Origin: Planctomycetota bacterium
Lineage (GTDB): Bacteria > Planctomycetota > SZUA-567 > H5-PLA8
Reading direction: 5' to 3'
Length of the DNA stretch: 64,000 nucleotides
Assembly (NCBI GenBank): GCA_023150555.1
Contig: JAKLKQ010000028.1
Location: 9,764 to 73,763, forward strand
Shown: piece by piece, positions 34,719 through 43,965 of the stretch
Layout of the letters: each line of letters opens with the position of its first letter
Numbering within the stretch: position 1 is the stretch's first letter
Position numbers and translations under genes: made by a program
The notes under the pieces: model-generated
Told to the model about the DNA's origin: nothing
The model's input: only the letters and a program-made list of their open reading frames with translations
Databases searched by the model: none

Positions 34719-35921
34719 ATGTCCTCCGACGTCCACGACCTGACGCTCAGCCGCGGGCACGCCAAGCCCCTGTACAGCGGGCACCCGTGGGTCTTCGCCG
34801 ATGCGCTGGACCGCGGGCGTTCCCTGACGCCCGACGACGGCGACGAAGTGCGCGTGCGCGACGAGGCCGGCGTCGTGCTGGGACGCGGCTTCTACAGCGC
34901 GAAGAGCGCCATAGCCGTGCGGCTGCTGACGCGCAACGATGAGGACCTGGACGCGGCGTTCCTGAGGGCGCGCATCGAATCGGCCGCCGCGTATCGCGCG
35001 TGCATCGGGCGCGGGCTGAATCCGGACGACGCGTGCCGCGTGGTAAACGCCGAAGGCGACGGCTTGCCAGGCCTGGTGGTGGACCGCTACGGCGCGTACC
35101 TGAGCGTGCAGATCGCGACGGCGGGCATGGAACGCCGCCGCGCCGTGGTGCTCGACGCGCTGCAGGAACGCTTCTCGCCGAAGGGCATCGCCGACCGCAG
35201 CGACGAGCGCGCGCGCAAGGCCGAAGGGCTTGCGCCAGCGTCCAGCCTGGTCGCGCGAGGGACGCTGCCCGAGGAACCCGTCGAGGTCGCGCACGCCGGG
35301 CTGCGCCTGAGCGTCGACCTGCGGCGCGGCCAGAAGACCGGCACGTACCTGGACCAGTTCGAGACGCACGAACGCTTCGCGCACTTTGCGCGGGGCGCGG
35401 CGTCGGTGCTGGATGTCTTCAGCCACACCGGCGGCTTTGCGCTGGCCGCGGCGGGCGCCGGGGCCAAGGGCCTGGTGTTGCTGGACAAGAGCGAACCGGC
35501 GCTGCGGCAGGCAGAGGCGAACCTGAAGCGCAACGGCGTCGAGGACGCCGACCTGGTCTGCGCGTCCTGGGCTGAAGGCCTGAAACATCTGCGCGAGGAG
35601 AACCGGCGCTTCGCCGCGATGGCCGTCGACCCGCCCAAGTTCGCGCGCGGCAAGGACGCACTGCGTGAGGCGCTGAACGGCTACCGCGACCTGAACGCGG
35701 CGGCCGCGCCGCTGCTGGAGCGCGGCGGGATCCTCTTCACGTGCTCGTGTTCGGGCAACGTCTCGTCGCAGGACTTCGAGCGCGCCGTGGCGGCGGGCAT
35801 CGCCCACACCGGGCGGCGCGCGCGGCTGATCGAGACGCGCGGCGCGGCGGCGGACCATCCCATTCCGCCGGGCTTCGCGCAGGGCCGCTATCTCAAGTGC
35901 CTGGTGCTGGAAGTGGAGTGA
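34719..35921 (+). CDS. SAM-dependent rRNA (cytosine-C5) methyltransferase, RlmI-like (PUA + class I MTase)
   Basis: GHPWVFADAL is a PUA-type N-terminus. VLDVFSHTGGFALAAA is SAM motif I. DPPKFA is also present. Start at ATG 34719 inside track ORF 34677..35921. Confidence 0.8.
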   Translation: MSSDVHDLTLSRGHAKPLYSGHPWVFADALDRGRSLTPDDGDEVRVRDEAGVVLGRGFYSAKSAIAVRLLTRNDEDLDAAFLRARIESAAAYRACIGRGLNPDDACRVVNAEGDGLPGLVVDRYGAYLSVQIATAGMERRRAVVLDALQERFSPKGIADRSDERARKAEGLAPASSLVARGTLPEEPVEVAHAGLRLSVDLRRGQKTGTYLDQFETHERFAHFARGAASVLDVFSHTGGFALAAAGAGAKGLVLLDKSEPALRQAEANLKRNGVEDADLVCASWAEGLKHLREENRRFAAMAVDPPKFARGKDALREALNGYRDLNAAAAPLLERGGILFTCSCSGNVSSQDFERAVAAGIAHTGRRARLIETRGAAADHPIPPGFAQGRYLKCLVLEVE

Positions 35922-35936
35922 CGGCGCGCCAGCGCG

Positions 35937-36689
35937 TCAGGGCTTTACCTTCAACTCGACGGAAGCCGTCAGCGCCACCTTCGGGACCTGCTTGAGCTTC
36001 TCCTCGAGACCGCCCAGACCCATGCTTCGCTCCACGGGCCCGTTCCATTCGGAGAGATCCTTCGCCGCGTAGTCGCAAGTGAACTTCACCGTGTAGGCGC
36101 CTTCCTTGTCGGGGGTCCATTTCGCCTGCCACTCGCCGAAACTGCCGGGGCCGAACGGATCGAAGCTCTCCCCCGGCTTCAGGACTTTCAGGTCGCTGTC
36201 TCGGAGAGAATTGCAGTTCCCGCAGCCCATCATCATAGCTTGCGGCTTGTCGGGGGTAATGCTGCGGCCGAAATGGGGGTAGCGCTTGTCGCTCGTGGAG
36301 CCGTCCAGGCATCCCACCACAGTCACGTCGCGGTCGCTGACGTTCTTGATGCGCACGCGGAACGTGACCTCCTTGCCGGCCTGGGCTTCGCCTTCAACTT
36401 CCGCGGTGAACTCGAGCGGTGCGTCGAGGGCTTCGACGATCTCGGCCAGCCGGCGCTTGGATTCCGCTTCCGTGGCCTTGTCGCGAGCCTTGCGCAGGTC
36501 GGCCAGGGCGGGCTTGCCCAGGGCGAGCAGCGCCTTCGAGGCGTTCTCGCGCGTCTCGAACTCCTCGCTCTCCAAATGCTTCACCAGTTCGGGGATGCGT
36601 TCGGGCTTGGGCGAGGCGTCCTCGCCATTCACGGTGCATGCACATAGTGCGACCAGGAGCAAGACTGGCAAGGCTCGCAAGGCTCGCAT
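35937..36689 (-). CDS. Lipoprotein of unknown function
   Basis: CAAGGAGG RBS before ATG 36689. MRALRALPVLLLVALCAC has a lipobox. A HEAT-like N-terminal segment is followed by a beta-rich C-terminal domain. Confidence 0.7.
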   Translation of the reverse strand: MRALRALPVLLLVALCACTVNGEDASPKPERIPELVKHLESEEFETRENASKALLALGKPALADLRKARDKATEAESKRRLAEIVEALDAPLEFTAEVEGEAQAGKEVTFRVRIKNVSDRDVTVVGCLDGSTSDKRYPHFGRSITPDKPQAMMMGCGNCNSLRDSDLKVLKPGESFDPFGPGSFGEWQAKWTPDKEGAYTVKFTCDYAAKDLSEWNGPVERSMGLGGLEEKLKQVPKVALTASVELKVKP

Positions 36690-36782
36690 GACGATACCTC
36701 CTTGTTGGCGAGGTCGGCTCGGCAAGCATAAGACGCGGCGGGGCCGCCGCGGTGCTCAGAATTTTGGACATTACGGCCCGGA

Positions 36783-38015
36783 TCAGTCCTTCTCCAACTT
36801 CGCGCCATTCATGATGCCTTTGCCGGTGACATAGAGCCATAAGCCGGCCTCGGCGGGGACCTTCCAGGTCTCGGCGACCTGTTCGCCGTTGCAATAGAAG
36901 ACGATGCGCTGGCCGTCGCGGCGGAAACTCAGCATGATCTGCTTGGCGGCGGGCTGGCCGGGCTTGCTGCCGGCGGTTTCGCCGTCGACCATCAGGTACG
37001 GTCCGCTGCCTTCCTTGCTGCCCCAGCCGATGATGCGCTTGGGCGTGTCGCCCTTGCGGTCCTTCTTGTCGGGCCGCAGTTCGATGCAGACGAAGCTGCG
37101 GTGGTCCATCTGCGCTTCGATGGCAATGGAGACGCGGAAGTTGCCGGTCAGCATCGTCTTCCACTTTTCGTCGCCTTCGTTCAGGTGCAGAAGGTTGGCC
37201 GCCCACATCGTGTTCGATCCGGTTCCCTGCGTCCAATCTTCGCGGCGCAGCGACGCGGGGGCCGGCAAGGGTTGCTCGGCCGGCTTTGCGGGCTGGGCGG
37301 CGGCGGTCTTGGCGGCCTCGACCTTCTCCTTCTCGCGCCGGGCTTCGGCCAGGCTGCTTTCGGCGGCCTTGTCGCCGGGCTTGGCCTTTAGCGCCTTCTC
37401 CAGGTTGGCGATCGCGGTATCCCAGTCCTTTTTGCCCAGCGCCTCCAGGCCCGCACGCATAGCGGTCCGGTAGGCGTCGGCTTCCGCGACGGGCGGTTCG
37501 ATGCTGGGCGCGCCGGCATCGGCCGCGGGCTTTTCTTCGGCGGCCTTGGCCGGTTCCTCGGCAGGCTTATCGCCGGCGGCCTTGGCCTTGCCGGCGGCGG
37601 CTGCGTCGAGGCCCTTCTTCACGGAGGCTTCGTCGGCGCCGAGTTCCTTGGCCTTCTGGAAGAGTTTCTCGGCCTCGTCCCACTGTTCCAGGCGCAGCAG
37701 CTCCTGCGCGGAACTCAGCGCGGCGGCAGAGGCCTTGCGTTCGGTGTTGATCTTCACGGCTTTCTTGTGCAGGACCTGCGCGGCGATCTTGTTGGGATGC
37801 TCGTTGTCGCCCAGGGCCTTCAAGGCTGCGTCAAGCACCGTCTCGGCGGTGGCCCAGTCGTCTTCCTTGATGGCTTTGGCGGCCGCGGTGTAGCTGGCCT
37901 CGAAGTTCTTCTTCGCGCGGTCGGCCTCGCCGCCGGCGTCTTCGGCACACAGGTTGGCGGAGACCGCCAGGAGGGCGGCCGCGGCCAGGAAGGCAAACGA
38001 AGCGGGGTTTTTCAT
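36783..38015 (-). CDS. Secreted protein with TPR-like helical N-terminal half, Ala/Pro/Lys linker and beta-rich C-terminal domain
   Basis: GAGGAGG RBS. Signal peptide MKNPASFAFLAAAALLAVSANLCA. Repeated DW..A...L..ALK motifs. Confidence 0.75.
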   Translation of the reverse strand: MKNPASFAFLAAAALLAVSANLCAEDAGGEADRAKKNFEASYTAAAKAIKEDDWATAETVLDAALKALGDNEHPNKIAAQVLHKKAVKINTERKASAAALSSAQELLRLEQWDEAEKLFQKAKELGADEASVKKGLDAAAAGKAKAAGDKPAEEPAKAAEEKPAADAGAPSIEPPVAEADAYRTAMRAGLEALGKKDWDTAIANLEKALKAKPGDKAAESSLAEARREKEKVEAAKTAAAQPAKPAEQPLPAPASLRREDWTQGTGSNTMWAANLLHLNEGDEKWKTMLTGNFRVSIAIEAQMDHRSFVCIELRPDKKDRKGDTPKRIIGWGSKEGSGPYLMVDGETAGSKPGQPAAKQIMLSFRRDGQRIVFYCNGEQVAETWKVPAEAGLWLYVTGKGIMNGAKLEKD

Positions 38016-38114
38016 CGAAGGACCTCCTCAATTAAGGTGGAATTACCTTAGCAGCCGGGCGTATTCGGAGCAACCCACAGGATGAATTAGACGCTCGTTC
38101 GGGTTTCCATTGGC

Positions 38115-38142
38115 TTGACATTGCGATATTGCAATCTAAATT
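38115..38142 (+). promoter_or_regulatory. Sigma70-like promoter TTGACA-N16-TAAATT with near-palindromic spacer
   Basis: TTGACA (38115-38120) and TAAATT (38137-38142). The spacer contains ATTGCGAT|ATTGCAAT, with 7 of 8 pairs palindromic. Confidence 0.4.
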
Positions 38143-38185
38143 GTGATATAGCTTTGAGGCGTTCGGCCGCGGGCTTGGGGCAATT

Positions 38186-38788
38186 ATGGAAGCCGTGCTG
38201 TCGGAAAAGGTGCTGGTTCTGAACCGTTCCTGGGTCGCGGTGAACGTCGCGACCGTGCGCCGCGCCTTGACGCTCGTTTACCAGGACATCGCCCGCATCG
38301 TCGAGCCGCACGACTACAGCACTTACGATTTCGACGGATGGATCGAGGCCAGCCAGGCGGCGAAGGCCGGCAAGCGCATCGTCTCGACGAGCTTCGAGAT
38401 CCGCGTGCCGGAAGTGATCGTGCTGCGCGGCTTCAACAAACGCTTCAGCAAGGAAGTGAAGTTTTCGCGCCGCAACATCTTCGAACGCGACGGCAACTCT
38501 TGCCAGTACTGCGGGCGCAAGTTCGAGCGCTGCGACCTGACCCTCGACCACGTGATGCCGCGCAGCCGGGGAGGCAAGAGCACCTGGGAGAACGTGGTGC
38601 TGTGCTGCTTGAAGTGCAACATCCGCAAGGGCTGCCGCACGCCCGACGAGGCGCACATGAAGCTGCTGCGCCCGCCCGAGAAGCCGAAATGGGCCACGCG
38701 TATCGGCGTCAAGATCGGCCGCCGCGCGAAGGAGTCCTGGGAGCGCTTCCTCGAGGAGGCGTACTGGGAAGTGGAACTGCGGGAGTAG
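38186..38788 (+). CDS. HNH endonuclease family protein
   Basis: CQYCGRKFERCDLTLDHVMPRSRGGKSTWENVVLCCLKCNIRKG is the HNH motif with two CxxC pairs. Confidence 0.85.
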   Translation: MEAVLSEKVLVLNRSWVAVNVATVRRALTLVYQDIARIVEPHDYSTYDFDGWIEASQAAKAGKRIVSTSFEIRVPEVIVLRGFNKRFSKEVKFSRRNIFERDGNSCQYCGRKFERCDLTLDHVMPRSRGGKSTWENVVLCCLKCNIRKGCRTPDEAHMKLLRPPEKPKWATRIGVKIGRRAKESWERFLEEAYWEVELRE

Positions 38789-38895
38789 GCCCGGAGGGGT
38801 CCGGGAAACCGGTTTCAACGCTAAGCCGGGCCGGGTAGCATTCGTCCTATAACCGAACGCCCAAACGAACCATTGTGTTCTGGGGAGATTCTGCC

Positions 38896-39633
38896 ATGAA
38901 ACGCTTTGCCCTGTTGGCCGCACTGGTGTTGCTCGCGTGCGCGTTCGCATTCGGCGCCGACGACTGCGGCTCCTGTCCTATGAAGAAGGAATCCGGCGAC
39001 TGCGGCAAGTCCGCCGCCTGTCCCATGCACAAGGCCGCCGCCTGTTCGAAGGATCCGTCGAAGTGCGCCCAGTGCACCATGGACCCGACGCTCTGCTCCA
39101 TCTGCAACGGCTGCCCGATGATGCAGGAGAAGAGCAACATCGACGGCGCGAAGGACCGCGTCAGCGCGGCCGCCGAGAAGATCAGCGATGTGGCCATGGC
39201 GCAGGCGATCCTCGAAGCGCAGTCCAAGGGCGACCCGCAGAAGATGCAGGAACTGACAGCCGAATCGCGCAAGGCCGCCGAGTTGCGGCGCAAAGAGCGC
39301 GAGAAGCGCGAGAAGGAAGAGGCCATGCGCGAAGAGCAGGCGCGCAAGGAATACGAGAAGACCGTAATGGAGTACGAGAAGAAGTACGACCGCAAGTACC
39401 CAGGCACCTACGCCGACTACAAGCGCCACGAGTACTACGGCCACCCCGACTACGCGCGCGTCCGCCACAGCGACGACGGCTGGATGGAGGTCGGCGGTTC
39501 GACCAGCAGTTCCCACTACAGCGCCAGCACCGGCTCGGGCGGCTCGTTCGGCCCCAGCGCCAGCGTGCGCGAAGGTGGCTACTCCAACACCTCCGTCGGC
39601 GTCCGCAGCACGGTCATCGAACTGGACCGCTGA
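38896..39633 (+). CDS. Secreted Cys/Met-rich protein with charged coiled-coil segment
   Basis: Signal peptide MKRFALLAALVLLACAFAFG. The next ~70 aa hold 14 Cys, including CGSCPM, CPMHK, CAQC and CSICNGCPMM. A KEREKREKEEAMREEQARKEYEK helix follows, then a Ser/Gly/Tyr-rich C-terminus. Confidence 0.7.
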   Translation: MKRFALLAALVLLACAFAFGADDCGSCPMKKESGDCGKSAACPMHKAAACSKDPSKCAQCTMDPTLCSICNGCPMMQEKSNIDGAKDRVSAAAEKISDVAMAQAILEAQSKGDPQKMQELTAESRKAAELRRKEREKREKEEAMREEQARKEYEKTVMEYEKKYDRKYPGTYADYKRHEYYGHPDYARVRHSDDGWMEVGGSTSSSHYSASTGSGGSFGPSASVREGGYSNTSVGVRSTVIELDR

Positions 39634-39662
39634 ACGGCAGAATACAGGGGCGAGGGTTCAGG

Positions 39663-39694
39663 GAAGGCGCGGCTTCGCCGTGCCTTCTTTTTTT
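39663..39694 (+). terminator. Rho-independent terminator
   Basis: Stem GAAGGCGCGG/CCGTGCCTTC (one G-U pair), loop CTTCG, then T7. Confidence 0.7.
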
Positions 39695-39818
39695 GGCGAA
39701 CGAAAGTGCGCCGAAGGCGCTCCAATTCTGAATCCTGAGGCTTTTCCTCACTCCCCCCTAACCACGCACCCCTGCATTCCGTTGCACGGCGCCCTTGCGC
39801 CGGGCAGAATGGCGCCCC

Positions 39819-40541
39819 ATGACCGAATTGCGCAAAGGCGTCATCGTCGCCATCGACGGGCCCGCCGGCAGCGGCAAGTCCACCGCCGCGCGGCAACTCG
39901 CCCGCGCCGAAGGCCTGCACTACCTCAACACCGGCGCCATGTACCGAGCCGTCGCACACCTGGCAAGCGAAGGCGGCATCGACGCGGCCGCGCAGCCCGA
40001 ACGCGCCGCCGAAGTCGCTCGCGCGATGGACTTTGAGTATCGCGTGCAGGGCGACGCGCTGCATTTCTGGGTCGCGTCCAAGGCCGGCGCCAAGAAGGAG
40101 GATCTCACGCCGGTCCTCTTCACCGCCGCGCTGACCGAGAAGCTGCAACCGGTGGTCACCAACGAGGCCATCCGCGCGGTGCTGGTCGAGAAGATGCGCG
40201 CCGCCGCCCGCGCGGTGCTTAGACAGGGCGCCAAGGGTGTGGTGCTGGAAGGGCGCGACATAGGCACCGTCGTCTTCCCCGACGCCTCGATCAAGTTCTA
40301 CATCCATGCCGACCTCGACGCGCGCGCGCAGCGCCGCGCCGCCGAACTGGCCGCGCGCGGCGAGAAGGTGGAACTGGGCGGCCTGAAGAAGCAGATCGCG
40401 CGGCGCGACGACTTCGATGCCGGGCGCGCCGTGGGCCCGCTCAAGCGCGCCAACGACGCCATCGACGTGGATACTTCCCACCTGGATGTCGATCAGACCC
40501 TGGCCAAGCTGCGCGCGGAGCTGAAGGCGCGGCTGGGCTGA
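39819..40541 (+). CDS. cmk: Cytidylate kinase
   Basis: VIVAIDGPAGSGKSTAARQLA has the P-loop. LNTGAMYRAV and GRDIGTVVFPDA are Cmk motifs. Confidence 0.9.
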   Translation: MTELRKGVIVAIDGPAGSGKSTAARQLARAEGLHYLNTGAMYRAVAHLASEGGIDAAAQPERAAEVARAMDFEYRVQGDALHFWVASKAGAKKEDLTPVLFTAALTEKLQPVVTNEAIRAVLVEKMRAAARAVLRQGAKGVVLEGRDIGTVVFPDASIKFYIHADLDARAQRRAAELAARGEKVELGGLKKQIARRDDFDAGRAVGPLKRANDAIDVDTSHLDVDQTLAKLRAELKARLG

Positions 40542-40544
40542 ATC

Positions 40545-40572
40545 GAAATCACCACAGAGACCACAGAGAAGG
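40545..40572. repeat. Short intergenic repeat GAAATCAC-CACAGAGACCACAGAG
   Basis: Tandem CCACAGAGA x2 lies immediately after the cmk stop. It shares GAAATCAC and the 12-mer CAGAGACCACAG (inverted) with 52514-52536. Confidence 0.45.
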
Positions 40573-40760
40573 ACTGGGTTCGCTGCACTACTTCGCCCTG
40601 CTTGTGGTACGAATGGCGCATCCTGCTTCACGGCAGGTACTGAATTCTCCTCTAAGAACAAATGCAGCGGCGGCCTGCATACGTGCAATGCGCTGGCGCG
40701 GCACCGGTTTTATGAAAGGAGGCCCGGGAGGCTCGGAAGAAAGGATCAAGGGCAAAGGGG

Positions 40761-41507
40761 GTGCCTGTGCATCGACGCGATCCCTATCCGACCGGGAAGG
40801 TCCACGGTAATGCGGCCGAAGAAGGCTGGACCGACGCGGATTCCCGAGTGGTCACTATAACGCTGGCCATTGGATTCAGTGTGTTGGCCGTCGGAACTCT
40901 TCTGTATGATGGCCTCTGGCTTCCCTTCATCCTGATCATGCTGCACGTGGCGCGACTCCTGGTCGTCGGCGGCCGCCGCGCGAATCCCTGGCTGCCGGAT
41001 CATCCCGTATTCCACGATCTGTTCACCGTGCCCGCCTCCCGAAAGCGTTTCACATTCACCTACTTCACGCTGTTGGCTTTTGTGGTGATGGCTAGCTTAG
41101 CGATCTGGGGCGGCGTCGAGGTCCGCGCGCTTTTTCCGCATGAGCCCTTGGTTCTGGTCTTATACGCGGGGCTCTCGCTGGCGCCCGTCCTGATCGCGTC
41201 GCTGGTCGTCGAGTACGTGCAAGTTTCAAGCAAAAGAAGGAAGCGGAAAAGCCCACGCCTCGCCCCAGGCGCACTCGGCGGCGGAAGGCGATGCGCGCTC
41301 GGCCATAATGCCCTCGAGGATCAACGGCATGAGCGATCAGGGACAGCTGGAACACCGCATCGCGACCATTGCGTTGGTGTTGTTCTTGATGGTGGCGGGC
41401 GTTGCTGCCGGCCTGGCAACAGGGTTCTGGTGGCTCCTCCCGCTGGGTTTGGTTTACGGTGCGAGCCATTGGGTCGATTTCACGAGCCGGAGCCCGCAAC
41501 GGACTAA
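40761..41507 (+). CDS. 4-TM membrane protein, paralogue 1 (3' end uncertain)
   Basis: GTG start after AAAGGGG. HPVFHDLFTVPASRKRFTFTYFTLLAFVVMASLAIWG aligns with paralogue 2. The ORF continues ~90 aa past the aligned end and overlaps the next gene, so the true stop or frame is doubtful. Confidence 0.5.
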   Translation: MPVHRRDPYPTGKVHGNAAEEGWTDADSRVVTITLAIGFSVLAVGTLLYDGLWLPFILIMLHVARLLVVGGRRANPWLPDHPVFHDLFTVPASRKRFTFTYFTLLAFVVMASLAIWGGVEVRALFPHEPLVLVLYAGLSLAPVLIASLVVEYVQVSSKRRKRKSPRLAPGALGGGRRCALGHNALEDQRHERSGTAGTPHRDHCVGVVLDGGGRCCRPGNRVLVAPPAGFGLRCEPLGRFHEPEPATD

Positions 41508-41784
41508 CCATCCAGCTTTCCTTAACGTCTTTGAATTGCTCGCACGCAAGAAGACCTTTTCTTTCCGCTATCTTACGTTGCTGGCTTTTGTGTTGATGGC
41601 GAGCTGTGTCGCCTTGGCTGCAATCAAAATCATGGAAACCTTCCCGGAGAAGAAGTTCGCGTTCGTGGTCTTCCTCTTCTTCGCGGTACCGGTGGTTCTG
41701 TACCTCACGCTGTTCATCGAAGTCCTGCAGTTGCCGAAGGAGGACAAGAGTGACGAGGACCGCGGCGGGAAACCGGGCGCGTGA
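41329..41784 (+). CDS. 4-TM membrane protein, paralogue 2
   Basis: GAGGA lies 9 nt upstream of ATG 41329. HPAFLNVFELLARKKTFSFRYLTLLAFVLMASCVALAA. Local GC is well below the window average (43-50% in two 60-nt samples counted). Confidence 0.6.
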   Translation: MSDQGQLEHRIATIALVLFLMVAGVAAGLATGFWWLLPLGLVYGASHWVDFTSRSPQRTNHPAFLNVFELLARKKTFSFRYLTLLAFVLMASCVALAAIKIMETFPEKKFAFVVFLFFAVPVVLYLTLFIEVLQLPKEDKSDEDRGGKPGA

Positions 41785-41788
41785 CGCT

Positions 41789-42115
41789 TCACTTCCTCAG
41801 CCACGAAATCAATTGGACGATTTGGTCAAGGATCACGACCACAACGGCAGGCAGTACGATGGCGTATAGCAGCAACGGCAGGGAGTTCTCCAGCCACGCA
41901 TCTGGGAGCAGGCCGCTGCCAACGATCCCCAAGCAAAGGTAGGCAGGAAGCGCGATGTATCCCATGCAGCCGCCCTGATTCTCTTCCTCTCGATCCGCCG
42001 AGCCTACTTTGGCTGAGTTCGCCTGGTGCGCATGCGCGGCGAGTTCTTCGCGCCAGGCTGGATCGCTCAGGCGCAGGACGCTGCTGCGGCGGGGGTCGGC
42101 GGCGCGGCTCTTCAT
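41789..42115 (-). CDS. Small 2-TM membrane protein (hypothetical)
   Basis: This is the C-terminal 108 codons of track ORF 41789..42454, from ATG 42115 (AGGAAA upstream). The hydrophobic end is MGYIALPAYLCLGIVGSGLL...LLLYAIVLPAVVVVILDQIV. The upstream part of the track ORF looks non-coding. Confidence 0.4.
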   Translation of the reverse strand: MKSRAADPRRSSVLRLSDPAWREELAAHAHQANSAKVGSADREEENQGGCMGYIALPAYLCLGIVGSGLLPDAWLENSLPLLLYAIVLPAVVVVILDQIVQLISWLRK

Positions 42116-42295
42116 CACCTGTTTCCTAAGTGCCGCCCCGCCTTCCTTTCGAACGATCCCTCCTCCAGGATGCAACTCAATAAAAATAAAAGAGTTATGA
42201 CTCGCCATTTTTCTCCCGTTTCTTCTGCTCACCCCCGCTGTCCCGAGGTTGGGTGGATAGAACGGGGCCGGTGCGTAAGATGGGAGGGCGTTCTT

Positions 42296-43852
42296 GTGCA
42301 TATGACGGCAGCGCAGCACGCGCCCACAACGCCCGCCCGCCAGGACCGGAGAGGACCCAAGCGCGTGGACGCTACGCAGGACGGCGAGCTTGAGCTGCTG
42401 CGGCGAATTGCGCGGGACCGCGACCACGCGGCGTTTCAGGAACTTTATGGGCACATTTCAAAACCGGCGTACAATCTGGCCCTGCACTTGACCCGCGACG
42501 CGTACCTGGCCGAGGAGGCCGTCCAGGATGGCATGGTGCGCGTTTGGCGTTCGGCCGGGCAGTGTACGGAAGGCAGCGCGCGGACCTGGGTGCTGCGGAT
42601 CGTGGCGAACGAATGCCTGCGGCTCTTGAAGAAGAAGAGGAATAGAAACGTGGCCATGACGTCCGACAATGCGGATCTGTTTCCCGCGCGCGAGATTAAG
42701 AACGACGCCGGCGCCGAGCACGAGGAACTGCAGGAGGCCCTGCACCGCGGCATCGAGCGCCTGCCCGACCACACGCGCCAGATCGTCGCGTTGTATTACG
42801 GCGCGAACCTGAGCCAGCGCGAGATCGGCGAGATGCTGGAGGTCCCGCAGACGACCGTCAGCCTGCACCTGCGCGAGGCCCTCGACAATCTCCGCACCGC
42901 GCTTGCCGGCGCCGGCTTCGCCGCCGCCGTGCCGATGCTCGAATCCGGCGCGCTGAAGGACGTGCTGCTGGGCGGCGCGCAGGCGCCTCCGGACCTGCTC
43001 TCGAAGATCGTCGTGCAGCTCGAGAACGCCGCGCGTATCACGCAGCGCTTCAGCCGCCGCCTGGCTCCGGCCACCGCCAAAGGAAAGGTTTTTGCCACGG
43101 TGGCGTTTTGCGCGGCGGCGGCCGCCGCCGGCGCGTGGTGGTACGTGCATACGCAGGACGCGCAGCCGCAAAGTGCGACCGCGCCAACCACGCCCGTGGC
43201 TGCCGCGCCCGCCGAACGCATCCACCGCGTCTGGGACTTTACGAAGGGCCCGGACGCGTCCTTTCGCGTGACGGGGAGCGAATGGTCGTGGGTGCCGGCG
43301 CAGGGCGGCCGGCCCGCCGGCATGCAAACCGTCACGCGCGACAGCAAGCGCACCAAGGCCTTCCTGCCGCTGGAGGTGCCGCTGGGCCGTTGCTGGGAGG
43401 TGCGCATCCGCGGCCGCTTCCAGCGCACGAAGACGCCCGCGCCCATCGAATTGAGCGTCACTCCGACAGTGGTCGTTCCGCCTCCGGAGTACACGCGTTA
43501 CATCAGCGACGCCGCGCTCAGTGCCGACGAAGATTGCGTCTCGGTCACCTATCTGCTGCCGGACAAGTGGGAGGCGACCTCGTACTGGTCGGCAGACGAG
43601 ACCAAGCGCTGGGCCACGTCCTTTTTCCACCACGAGCCGGAGACCGAGTTGCGTTCGAGCCTGGTCCTGGTCGCGATCCATGCCATCGTGTCGCGCGTGG
43701 AACTGCGCGAGATCGCGCCCGAAGAAGTGCCCGCGCCGTACAACGATCCCATGCGCGCCATCAAGGAATTCAAACTGAAGGAGAAGCGTTACCACCGCAC
43801 GAACTATCCGGGTACGAAGACCCTTGAAGAAATCGGCAAGCCGTCTGAGTAG
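42296..43852 (+). CDS. ECF sigma factor fused via linker and one TM helix to an uncharacterised extracytoplasmic domain (paralogue of 12317..13891)
   Basis: GGGAGGG lies 7 nt upstream of GTG 42296 (ATG 42302 is an alternative). Region 2 is EEAVQDGMVRVWRSAGQC; region 4 is RQIVALYYGANLSQREIGEMLEVPQTTVSLHLREA. TM helix VFATVAFCAAAAAAGAWWYV. The ectodomain has HRVWDF..W.W.P.. and RVELREIAPEE. Confidence 0.7.
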   Translation: MHMTAAQHAPTTPARQDRRGPKRVDATQDGELELLRRIARDRDHAAFQELYGHISKPAYNLALHLTRDAYLAEEAVQDGMVRVWRSAGQCTEGSARTWVLRIVANECLRLLKKKRNRNVAMTSDNADLFPAREIKNDAGAEHEELQEALHRGIERLPDHTRQIVALYYGANLSQREIGEMLEVPQTTVSLHLREALDNLRTALAGAGFAAAVPMLESGALKDVLLGGAQAPPDLLSKIVVQLENAARITQRFSRRLAPATAKGKVFATVAFCAAAAAAGAWWYVHTQDAQPQSATAPTTPVAAAPAERIHRVWDFTKGPDASFRVTGSEWSWVPAQGGRPAGMQTVTRDSKRTKAFLPLEVPLGRCWEVRIRGRFQRTKTPAPIELSVTPTVVVPPPEYTRYISDAALSADEDCVSVTYLLPDKWEATSYWSADETKRWATSFFHHEPETELRSSLVLVAIHAIVSRVELREIAPEEVPAPYNDPMRAIKEFKLKEKRYHRTNYPGTKTLEEIGKPSE

Positions 43853-43965
43853 AAGCAAGGGCCGGTAAACACCGAAGCAAACCGACCGTCCGCACCAGAC
43901 GGGCTCACGCGCGCCCGTGCCGGGGAAACTCTGTGCCTGTGCGGAACGAGGGAAGGAGGACCGCG

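Noticed and set aside
41789-42454. Full 221-aa minus-strand ORF
   Set aside because: Only the last ~108 codons look protein-like (two hydrophobic helices, an RBS at the internal ATG). The upstream part overlaps the AT-rich divergent promoter region and the start of the sigma gene.
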